From: an uncultured Porphyromonadaceae bacterium
GTDB taxonomy: Bacteria > Bacteroidota > Bacteroidia > Bacteroidales > Muribaculaceae
DNA length: 64,000 bases
Direction: 5' to 3'
NCBI GenBank assembly: GCA_900541835.1
Contig: UQLL01000001.1
Span: 43,915 to 107,914 of the forward strand
Part shown: one piece after another, positions 11,967 through 19,535 of the stretch
How positions within the stretch are numbered: the first letter of the stretch is position 1
How the letters are laid out: every line of letters starts with the position of its first letter
Notes under the pieces: generated by a model
The model's database searches: none
Seen by the model: the letters and a program-made list of their open reading frames with translations, nothing else
Told to the model about the DNA's origin: nothing
Made by a program: the position numbers and the translations under genes

Positions 11967-12887
11967 CTACCGCAGTGCATTGAAGATTATGGCTGATATG
12001 TCGGCTATAATGCTTTCGGTCTCGGCCATTGAGTATGGGGAATCAGCCACGAAAACGGCTATGGCGTAGCCTCTCTCGTCGGACAGACATATATACCCGG
12101 CATCGTTGACGCCGATGAGACGTCCACGGAAATCGCTGTCGCCTGTGCCTGTCTTGTGGCCTATCACCGCTTTAGTCCCGGCAAGCGGGGCACTGAGGCG
12201 CTCCTTGCCAGTGGTGCAGGTTCGCAGCATCGCAGCTATATATCTATGTGTGTCGGATCCATCTCTCGCCTCCCGACGGAAGAAGCTGTCGAAGAGTCGA
12301 GCCATCTCGAGCGGCGTGGTGTGGTTCAGATGACACAGTGAGATGTCGCGGTGCATCTCCTCCTCTGTTGACACTACCGAGATGTCGTTGCAGCCCATTG
12401 CCTTCATGAGACTGTCGGTGGCCTGCGGGCCTCCGATCAGGCGGAAGAGAACATCGCAGGCGTTGTTGTCGCTCTGTTGCAGGGTGTATGCAAGGAGTTC
12501 CGAAATGGGCAGGCGCAGATTCCGCACTCCATATTTTTCTCGTAGGGGGCTCCATGTGTCGGGCCTTATTTCGTCTGCTCGGATGGCGATGGTGTCACCA
12601 ATGGCGATGCTGTGCTTTTCACAGTAGTCTGCCACGGCCAGTGCCTGCGGGAACTTGTAGACGCTGAGCATGGGGAAAGATTCGCCTCCGTTGATAGCCA
12701 CAGCATCCACTCCGCCGGCAATAACGGCCACGCCTATCCGCGCCTCCTTTCCGGCAATGTATTCGTTAAGTGCCTCTTCCAGAGCGCTCCGGGCTGTGGC
12801 GAAGAGGCATCCAATCACCAGGAATACAGATACGGCTGCCGCACGCATGCTCATGCGTCGGCATCGAAGCGTAATATTTATGGGCAT
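11967..12887 (-). CDS. Class A beta-lactamase, CepA/CblA-like (Bacteroidales chromosomal cephalosporinase family)
   Basis: S-x-x-K (SVYKF), SDN (QQSDNNACD) and KTG (GHKTGTGD) motifs plus DTWSPLRE and IAVFV blocks, with a signal peptide. The start could instead be MSMRAAA at 12854. Confidence 0.85.
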   Translation of the reverse strand: MPINITLRCRRMSMRAAAVSVFLVIGCLFATARSALEEALNEYIAGKEARIGVAVIAGGVDAVAINGGESFPMLSVYKFPQALAVADYCEKHSIAIGDTIAIRADEIRPDTWSPLREKYGVRNLRLPISELLAYTLQQSDNNACDVLFRLIGGPQATDSLMKAMGCNDISVVSTEEEMHRDISLCHLNHTTPLEMARLFDSFFRREARDGSDTHRYIAAMLRTCTTGKERLSAPLAGTKAVIGHKTGTGDSDFRGRLIGVNDAGYICLSDERGYAIAVFVADSPYSMAETESIIADISAIIFNALR

Positions 12888-12894
12888 ATTCCTG

Positions 12895-14223
12895 TCAGCG
12901 GTTTCGATGCTTGGCGGAATTGGTATACCTGGCGTAAATCTCGGCCTCGCGGCGCTTGGCCTCGGCTATGTCGGCGGCGTTCTTGGGGTCGACGCCATAC
13001 TTGCGCAGGTCGGGAACCACTACGCGGGTACCGGGCTTGATGCGGTTGGGATGCCCCAGGATGGCCTTGTTCTCCTCGTAGATGTAGGGCCAGAAGTGCT
13101 GGTTGCCATAGTGCTGCCGTGCGATGGTGGTGAGGTAGCGGGTGGTGCTGACGGTGTCGTAGACTTTTTTAGTGTCGCTGGGCTGTGTGGGCGCCTGGTC
13201 GCTTGCGGGGACGGATGCACCTACAGTATCGGGGGTGGATGCGGGCTTTGCTGTGTCCGGTGCGATGGTGCGTACGGGTGTGTCGAGCACTTCTTTCTGA
13301 ACCATCTGAACTGTGTCTGCATCCTGAACGTACCGAGCTATGAAGCGCGGGGTATTAGGACATAGAAGCAGAAGCAACACGGCGATGATGCCAATCAGCA
13401 GCAGGGCGCAGAGGAAACCGATTACGAACCCGAAGCGGCGGTGATGGCGGGCATGCTTACGATGATGGAGGCGAATCTCGTCCTCCTGCTCTATCTCGCG
13501 AGCGATAGGCGCTTCTATAGGACCTTCCTCCTGGTCGAGGACCTGCTGTCCGACATCTATGGAGTCCTCGGGGAGTGGTTCGGGCTCGGGGACGCATTCC
13601 GTCTCCGAAGCGGATGTCTCCTCGGGTTCGGACACATCTGCTATATATGTGCCATCGTCGGCGGGGTGTTCGGGGTTTTCCTTGACGTCTACTGGGGCGG
13701 ATGCACCATGGTGTGTCCCGACATCTCCCGCGTTCTCCTTGACGAATGGGGCTAAGGGCGCCAAGGCAGGAGCTGTCACGACGGTATCTGTTACTCCGGG
13801 CCCTTCCTCGACAGTGGTCTCGGGCTCCGGCTCGTTGTCCTCACGGCCGCCGGGAACGTGCGTAACCACGGCATCGGCTTCGAGCATCTCGTCGGTGAGG
13901 TCGTCGCTGAGTTCCACGGCCTCAAAAGCGGCGAATGGCTCGTTGACGGCAGCCGCCAGCTCCTTAGAAGGGACGAAGGTGAGCTTGGTGTGTGCCGACA
14001 GGGTGATGACGCGACCAGTGTTAACGTCCACGCTCTTGCGCTCGCCCATGCGCTGGACCTTGAAGGTGCCCACACCTTTGAGGCGCACCTGTTCCCCCTC
14101 TGCAAGTGAACTTGCAATGCCGGCAAACAATGCCCGCAGGAAATCGTCGACGTCACGGCGTGGCAGGCCGGTGCGGTCCGCTATCAGCCTACAGGCCTCG
14201 GAGAAAGTGATCTTCTGCTCCAT
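12895..14223 (-). CDS. HU-domain / transmembrane / LysM-domain protein (Bacteroidetes-specific HU-like fusion)
   Basis: N-terminal HU/IHF-like DNA-binding fold (about 95 aa), an acidic P/E-rich linker, a His/Arg patch, one TM helix (FGFVIGFLCALLLIGIIAVLLLLL) and a C-terminal LysM-like domain (YDTVSTTRYLTTIARQHYGNQHFWPYIY). Confidence 0.8.
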   Translation of the reverse strand: MEQKITFSEACRLIADRTGLPRRDVDDFLRALFAGIASSLAEGEQVRLKGVGTFKVQRMGERKSVDVNTGRVITLSAHTKLTFVPSKELAAAVNEPFAAFEAVELSDDLTDEMLEADAVVTHVPGGREDNEPEPETTVEEGPGVTDTVVTAPALAPLAPFVKENAGDVGTHHGASAPVDVKENPEHPADDGTYIADVSEPEETSASETECVPEPEPLPEDSIDVGQQVLDQEEGPIEAPIAREIEQEDEIRLHHRKHARHHRRFGFVIGFLCALLLIGIIAVLLLLLCPNTPRFIARYVQDADTVQMVQKEVLDTPVRTIAPDTAKPASTPDTVGASVPASDQAPTQPSDTKKVYDTVSTTRYLTTIARQHYGNQHFWPYIYEENKAILGHPNRIKPGTRVVVPDLRKYGVDPKNAADIAEAKRREAEIYARYTNSAKHRNR

Positions 14224-14228
14224 GGCGC

Positions 14229-14501
14229 TTATTTCAGTTTCTGCTTGAGGATGGCCGACGGCTTGAAGCCGATTACTATCTTGGGAGGCAGAAGCATACG
14301 CCTGCCGGTGGCCGGATGCACGTTGACTCGCTCAAGTCTCTTGCGCGACTCGAAGACGCCGAAGCCGGGCACTGCCACGGAATCCAGCTCCGAGCCGCTC
14401 TCGCTGAGCAACCTGGAAAAGGCCTCGATAATCCGGCGCCCCTGAGCAGGCTCCAGCCGACTGGCCTCGCAGGCCTTTTCTATCAACGTCTTGGTATCCA
14501 T
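14229..14501 (-). CDS. HU-family DNA-binding protein
   Basis: 90 aa with the HU beta-arm motif PGFGVFESRKRLERVNVHPATGRRM. Only 5 nt upstream of the HU-LysM gene. Confidence 0.85.
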   Translation of the reverse strand: MDTKTLIEKACEASRLEPAQGRRIIEAFSRLLSESGSELDSVAVPGFGVFESRKRLERVNVHPATGRRMLLPPKIVIGFKPSAILKQKLK

Positions 14502-14508
14502 TGGACTG

Positions 14509-14516
14509 CAAAGTTA
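14509..14516 (-). promoter_or_regulatory. -7 box TAACTTTG for the HU operon (minus strand)
   Basis: CAAAGTTA on the plus strand, about 8 nt upstream of the HU ATG at 14501, implying a near-leaderless mRNA. Confidence 0.45.
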
Positions 14517-14609
14517 ACAATTATTTCCGACAACGGGGCAACTTCAGCGCCAAAAATATTTTTTCGGGAAAATGCCGGGGCGTGGAGGGGAAATGTCAAA
14601 TAGATTTCT

Positions 14610-14617
14610 TAACTTTG
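14610..14617 (+). promoter_or_regulatory. -7 box TAACTTTG for purL
   Basis: TAACTTTGCA lies 20 nt upstream of the ATG at 14638. Confidence 0.45.
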
Positions 14618-14637
14618 CAAATCTTTTCAACGACTGT

Positions 14638-17600
14638 ATGATAACGTATTTCAAGAAAGGGAACTCGCTGCTGATGGCCGTGCAGACGGCGCAGGCACTC
14701 ACCGACGCCGACAAGGAGCGTCTGCAATGGCTATTCTCCGGCGCCAAGCCGCTGAAGGTGCGCACCGTGCGCGGGCGCTACATCGGTCCGCGCCGGGAGA
14801 TGGTGTCCCCGTGGAGCACCAACGCCGTGGAGATGGCGCTCAACATCGGTGTGCCCGGCGTGAGCCGCATTGAGCAGTTCGTGGGAACATCTGACATTGA
14901 GCCGAACTACGACCCGATGCTCCAGGCCCTATACGAGAACCCCGACCAGAATGTCTTCACTCCCGGACGCAAGGCCGAGGAGATAGTGGAGATAACCGAC
15001 CTCCGCTCATATAACGCCCAGGAGGGCTTAGCCCTAAGCGACGAGGAGATAGTCTATCTCGAGGGGCTGGCAACGCGTCTGGGCCGCCCCCTGACGGACA
15101 GCGAGGTCTTCGGCTTCTCGCAGGTTAACTCCGAGCACTGTCGCCACAAGATTTTCAACGGTACGTTCATCATCGACGGCAAGGAAATGGACTCCAGCCT
15201 CTTCAAGATGATAAAGCAGACGTCGAAGGAGAACCCCAATGGCCTCGTGTCGGCCTATAAAGATAATGTGGCCTTCGTGGAGGGCCCGGAAGTGGAGCAG
15301 TTCTCTCCCGCCGACGCCTCCCGCGCCGACTTCTTCGAAGAAAGGAAGATAAAGACGGTGATTTCGCTCAAGGCCGAGACGCATAACTTCCCGACTACGG
15401 TGGAGCCGTTCAACGGCGCCGCCACAGGCACCGGCGGCGAGATTCGCGATCGCATGGGTGGAGGCAAGGCGTCGCTGCCCATCGCCGGCACGGCCGTATA
15501 CATGACCGGCTATCCCCGTCCCGAAGAGGCCCGCGAAGTGGAAAAAGGAGCCCCGGCACCCCGTCCCTGGCTCTACCAGACGCCCGAACAGATTCTGATA
15601 AAAGCATCCAACGGCGCCTCCGACTTCGGCAACAAGTTCGGCCAGCCGCTAATCTGCGGTTCCGTACTCACTTTTGAGCACTCGGAGCAGGACCGCCTGC
15701 TGGCCTACGACAAGGTCATCATGCTTGCAGGCGGCATCGGCAACGCCTCGGCCGACGACGCCCTGAAAGGCGAGCCGCAGGCCGACATGAGCGTGGTGGT
15801 GATGGGTGGCGACAACTACCGCATCGGCATGGGTGGCGGCGCCGTCTCCTCCGTAGCTACCGGCCAGTATGCCAACGCCATCGAGCTCAACGCCGTGCAG
15901 CGTGCCAACCCGGAGATGCAGAAGCGCGTCAGCAACGTGGTCCGCGCCCTGGCAGAGATGGAAGGCAACCCATGCGTCAGCATCCACGACCACGGCGCCG
16001 GCGGACACCTCAACGCCCTCTCCGAGCTGGTGGAGAACACCGGTGGCGAAATCGACGTCAACGCGCTGCCAATCGGCGACACCACCCTGTCGGCCAAGGA
16101 AATAATCGGCAACGAGAGCCAGGAACGCATGGGTCTCGTCCTGCGCACCGAGGACGTCGAAAAGGTACGTGCCATAGCGGAGCGCGAACAGGCCCCCTTC
16201 TACATAGTAGGACGCACCACCGGCGACAATCGGTTCGTATTCCGCCAGAAGGATGGCCGCAAGCCCATCGACCTGGCAATGGCCGATATGTTCGGCTCCT
16301 CCCCCAAGACAATAATCCGCGACGACGAGATACCCCGAGAATTCGCACCCGTGGAATATGACCCGGAGCGCATCGAGGAATACCTGCAGCGTGTGCTCCA
16401 GCTGGAGGCTGTGGCCTGCAAGGACTGGCTGACGAACAAGGTCGACCGTTCCGTGACGGGCCGCATAGCCCGTCAGCAGTGCGTAGGCGAGCTCCAGCTG
16501 CCTTTGAGCGACTGCGGCGTGGCCGCCCTCGACTATCATGGCCGCAGCGGCATCGCCACCTCCATCGGCCACGCTCCGCAGGCAGGGCTCATCTCTCCCG
16601 AGGCCGGCTCCGTGCTTTCCATAGCCGAGGCCCTGACCAACATCTGCGGCGCCCGGCTGAAGAAAGGACTGAAGTCCGTATCGCTGTCTGCCAACTGGAT
16701 GTGGCCCTGTCGTATCGAGGGCGAGGGGGCACGCCTCTACCGCGCCGTGAGTGCCTGCAGCGAGTTTGCCCGCGCCCTCGGCATCAACATCCCCACTGGC
16801 AAGGACTCCCTGAGCATGAGCCAGCAGTACCCGAATGGCCGCGTCGACGCCCCCGGCACTGTCATCATCTCCGCAGCCGGAGAGGTCAGCGACATCCATT
16901 GCGTCAACTCCCCGGTGCTCAAGAAGATACCCTCTCGCCTGATATACGTCGACTTCAGCGGCGACAAGATGCGCCTGGGCGGCTCTGCCTTTGCACAGAG
17001 CCTCAACCGTCTCGGCGACCAGGCCCCGACAGTGCGTGACCCCAAAGCTTTCGTAAAAGCCTTCGAGGCAGTGCAGGTGCTCACCGAGCGCGGCCTCATC
17101 CTGGCCCAGCACGATGTCTCCGCAGGCGGCCTAATCACCACTCTGCTGGAGATGACTTTCGCCAACGTCCATGGCGGCCTGAGCGTGAACCTCGACGACT
17201 TCGACGCTGACCTGGTGCACAGCCTCTTCGCCGAGAACCCTGCAGTGGTGCTCCAGGTGCGCGACCGCGACTACACGCTGGTGGAGGGCGAACTGAGCCG
17301 CAACGGCATACCGTATAAGGTGCTTGGCCGTCCGCAGTCCGTGCGCCGCCTGGTGGTAGAACAGGGCGACCGCAAGTTCAGCTTCGACATCGACGCCCTG
17401 CGTGACGTCTGGTACCGCTCCTCCTACCTGCTCGACCGCCGCCAGAGCGGCGAGCGCCAGGCCAAGCAGCGCTTCCTCAACTACCGCCGCCAGCCTGTCC
17501 GCTACGCCATCCCCTCCGACTTCTCCGGCCGTCTCGGCGAGCACGGCCTCAACGAATACCGTCCCGGCCGCAGCGGCGTCCGCGCAGCCATTATCCGCGA

Positions 17601-18330
17601 GAAGGGTATCAACGGCGACCGAGAAATGGCCTACAGCCTATACCTGGCAGGCTTCGACGTCAAGGACGTGCACATGACCGACCTGCGCAGCGGTCGCGAG
17701 GACCTCGGCGACATCGATATGCTCGTGTTCTGCGGCGGCTTCTCCAACAGCGACGTCCTCGGCTCGGCCAAGGGCTGGGCCGGCGCCTTCAAATATAACG
17801 ACAACGCCCGCAAGGCCCTCGAAGACTTCTACGCTCGTCCCGCCACCCTGTCGCTGGGCGTCTGCAACGGCTGCCAGCTCATGATGGAGCTGGGCCTGAT
17901 AGACCCTGCCGCCGGAGAAAAGCACCCGCGCATGGAGCACAACGACAGCCACAAGTTCGAGTCCGGCTTCGTGAGCGTCCGCATCCCAGAGAGCAACTCC
18001 GTGATGCTCGGTCCGCTTGCCGGCATGAAGCTCGGCATCTGGGTGGCCCACGGCGAGGGCAAGTTCCGCTTCCCCACGCAATGGCCCGACGACCAGATAG
18101 CCCTGCGCTACAACTACAAGTCGTATCCCGGCAACCCCAACGGCTCTCCCGGTGCCGTAGCCGGAATCGTAAGTGCCGACGGCCGTCACCTGGCCATGAT
18201 GCCCCACCTGGAGCGTGCCATCTTCCCCTGGCAGTGCGCCGAGTACCCCGATCGCCGGCGCGACGACCAGCTCACACCCTGGCTCACCGCCTTCGTCAAC
18301 GCCCGCCGCTGGATTGAGAAAAACCGCTGA
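14638..18330 (+). CDS. purL: Phosphoribosylformylglycinamidine synthase, single-chain large form
   Basis: 1230 aa containing PurS-like, FGAM synthetase and C-terminal glutaminase (GVCNGCQ) domains. Start set at MITYFKKGNSLL. Confidence 0.95.
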   Translation: MITYFKKGNSLLMAVQTAQALTDADKERLQWLFSGAKPLKVRTVRGRYIGPRREMVSPWSTNAVEMALNIGVPGVSRIEQFVGTSDIEPNYDPMLQALYENPDQNVFTPGRKAEEIVEITDLRSYNAQEGLALSDEEIVYLEGLATRLGRPLTDSEVFGFSQVNSEHCRHKIFNGTFIIDGKEMDSSLFKMIKQTSKENPNGLVSAYKDNVAFVEGPEVEQFSPADASRADFFEERKIKTVISLKAETHNFPTTVEPFNGAATGTGGEIRDRMGGGKASLPIAGTAVYMTGYPRPEEAREVEKGAPAPRPWLYQTPEQILIKASNGASDFGNKFGQPLICGSVLTFEHSEQDRLLAYDKVIMLAGGIGNASADDALKGEPQADMSVVVMGGDNYRIGMGGGAVSSVATGQYANAIELNAVQRANPEMQKRVSNVVRALAEMEGNPCVSIHDHGAGGHLNALSELVENTGGEIDVNALPIGDTTLSAKEIIGNESQERMGLVLRTEDVEKVRAIAEREQAPFYIVGRTTGDNRFVFRQKDGRKPIDLAMADMFGSSPKTIIRDDEIPREFAPVEYDPERIEEYLQRVLQLEAVACKDWLTNKVDRSVTGRIARQQCVGELQLPLSDCGVAALDYHGRSGIATSIGHAPQAGLISPEAGSVLSIAEALTNICGARLKKGLKSVSLSANWMWPCRIEGEGARLYRAVSACSEFARALGINIPTGKDSLSMSQQYPNGRVDAPGTVIISAAGEVSDIHCVNSPVLKKIPSRLIYVDFSGDKMRLGGSAFAQSLNRLGDQAPTVRDPKAFVKAFEAVQVLTERGLILAQHDVSAGGLITTLLEMTFANVHGGLSVNLDDFDADLVHSLFAENPAVVLQVRDRDYTLVEGELSRNGIPYKVLGRPQSVRRLVVEQGDRKFSFDIDALRDVWYRSSYLLDRRQSGERQAKQRFLNYRRQPVRYAIPSDFSGRLGEHGLNEYRPGRSGVRAAIIREKGINGDREMAYSLYLAGFDVKDVHMTDLRSGREDLGDIDMLVFCGGFSNSDVLGSAKGWAGAFKYNDNARKALEDFYARPATLSLGVCNGCQLMMELGLIDPAAGEKHPRMEHNDSHKFESGFVSVRIPESNSVMLGPLAGMKLGIWVAHGEGKFRFPTQWPDDQIALRYNYKSYPGNPNGSPGAVAGIVSADGRHLAMMPHLERAIFPWQCAEYPDRRRDDQLTPWLTAFVNARRWIEKNR

Positions 18331-18363
18331 CTTGTATGAGGGTGTTGCAAAATCCGGCGAATC

Positions 18364-18387
18364 GTAGGGATGCACCCTGGTGCATCC
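18364..18387. repeat. REP-like palindrome GTAGGGATGCACC-CTG-GTGCATCC
   Basis: Perfect inverted repeat with the family core sequence. Confidence 0.8.
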
Positions 18388-18410
18388 GCTCTGCTTTATT
18401 GATTGTCAGC

Positions 18411-18434
18411 GGCTGCACCAGGGTGCAGCCCTAC
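18411..18434. repeat. REP-like palindrome GGCTGCACC-AGG-GTGCAGCCCTAC
   Basis: Perfect inverted repeat, a variant of the family. Confidence 0.75.
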
Positions 18435-18483
18435 AATCTGACCGAAATTCTGAATTTTGACACACCCTCGTGAGAGTTGAGAA

Positions 18484-19464
18484 TTGAATACACACACAAA
18501 GCATTTTCCTTTGCGATTGACGCCCGCTTTAGCGCGGTGCACCTCTCGCTATCGCCTTAGGTGCCTGCTGGCTGTTGCCGTGGGGATGTTGCTCACCTCC
18601 TGCTTCACCGGCGTGGAGGGCACACGGCGCGTGGTGATGAGCAAGAACGATGTCGCCGCCACCCGGCCCGGCGCCGAGGAACAGCTAGTGGCAGGACTCA
18701 CTGGCACACCCCTCGCCCAGTGGCAACCGGGTCGCGAGTTCATAGTGCTCGACGACCGTGCGGCGCTGATGTTCGACCCTCACACCCTCCCCGCTGACCC
18801 TCTCAGCCTGCACCTGAGCGGCGACACCCTGCGCTACCAGGGCAACGACCGGCGTGTCACCCCCGGACTTGATACCCTCACCGTGCTCCGCTTCGCCGAC
18901 AGCGTCCGCACCTACTCCCTGCCCTTGCGGCAAAGCCGTATCACCAGCATGGAGATGCCCATGATGGCAGACGCAGCCATAGTCCACCGTCTCGACACCA
19001 TGCTCCGCGGCCGCACACTCTGGGTGCGCAACCCCATGTGGCACACCGCCGACTCGCTGACCGTGCAGGGTCTCAAATACTCGCCCGTGCGGGTGGAAAA
19101 GGTATTGCCCGGCGTGAACGTCTACCCTGTCCGCATATGCTTCCGCACCGATAGCCTCAGTGGCTGGCTTCCCGTTGCGCTTCCCGGCGCCGGACCGGCC
19201 TCCCGCAGCTTTGCCCAGCAGTTCTCGCTCACAGACCCTCGTTCCAACTATCCCGCCATCACCGACGAGGCGTGGAGACTCATCCAGCAGCAGCGCGTGG
19301 CCGAAGGCATGACTAAGGACGAGGCCAGGCTCTCACTCGGCGCCCCAAAGGACGTCTCGCAGGGACATAACTCGGCCCTCCTTTACGAGCTCTGGCAATA
19401 CCCCGACGGCTCGTACCTTATGTTCTGCGACGGCCTGCTCCAGCGCTTCAAGCTCGCCCGTTAG
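18484..19464 (+). CDS. Hypothetical lipoprotein
   Basis: Lipobox LLTSC after a hydrophobic stretch, with no recognisable domain. The N-terminal 40 codons overlap motif copy B (18504-18541), so the true start is uncertain. Confidence 0.6.
   Translation: MNTHTKHFPLRLTPALARCTSRYRLRCLLAVAVGMLLTSCFTGVEGTRRVVMSKNDVAATRPGAEEQLVAGLTGTPLAQWQPGREFIVLDDRAALMFDPHTLPADPLSLHLSGDTLRYQGNDRRVTPGLDTLTVLRFADSVRTYSLPLRQSRITSMEMPMMADAAIVHRLDTMLRGRTLWVRNPMWHTADSLTVQGLKYSPVRVEKVLPGVNVYPVRICFRTDSLSGWLPVALPGAGPASRSFAQQFSLTDPRSNYPAITDEAWRLIQQQRVAEGMTKDEARLSLGAPKDVSQGHNSALLYELWQYPDGSYLMFCDGLLQRFKLAR
18504..18541 (+). promoter_or_regulatory. Conserved roughly 38-nt motif, copy B (TTTTCCTTTGCGATTGACGCCCGCTTTAGCGCGGTGCA)
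   Basis: Identical to copy A at 34 of 37 positions. A G:C pair in the copy A hairpin stem is G:T (a G-U wobble) here. Confidence 0.5.
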
Positions 19465-19489
19465 CTGAGAGTTGAGACGACAACAAGCA

Positions 19490-19527
19490 TTTTCTTTTGC
19501 ATTTGGCGCACACTTCAGCGCCGCGCT
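19490..19527 (+). promoter_or_regulatory. Conserved motif, copy C (TTTTCTTTTGCATTTGGCGCACACTTCAGCGCCGCGCT), upstream of murB
   Basis: Same TTTGCAxTTGGCGC head followed by a GC hairpin. The murB ATG is 9 nt downstream. Confidence 0.45.
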
Positions 19528-19535
19528 TCCATACT

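Larger units (their letters stand above)
18338..18469. mobile_element. MITE-like composite element, copy 1 (about 130 bp). Imperfect terminal inverted repeats GAGGGTGTKKCAAAATYC... flank two REP palindromes
   Basis: Left end is GAGGGTGTTGCAAAATCCGGCGAATCGTAGGG. The right end in reverse complement is GAGGGTGTGTCAAAATTCAGAATTTCGGTCAGATTGTAGGG. The interior holds two perfect palindromes, at 18364-18387 and 18411-18434. A second copy in inverted orientation sits at 60927-61053. Confidence 0.65.

Noticed and set aside
15649-17112. 487-aa ORF antisense to purL (similar long antisense ORFs at 26163-27935, 19515-20990, 45664-46989, 8754-9851, 28533-29528, 30164-31150, 40838-42250, 49764-50657, 61727-62599)
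   Set aside because: All lie opposite or out of frame with confidently identified conserved genes. Their Ala/Gly/Val/Asp/Arg-rich composition is typical of stop-poor antisense frames in high-GC DNA, and none shows a recognisable motif
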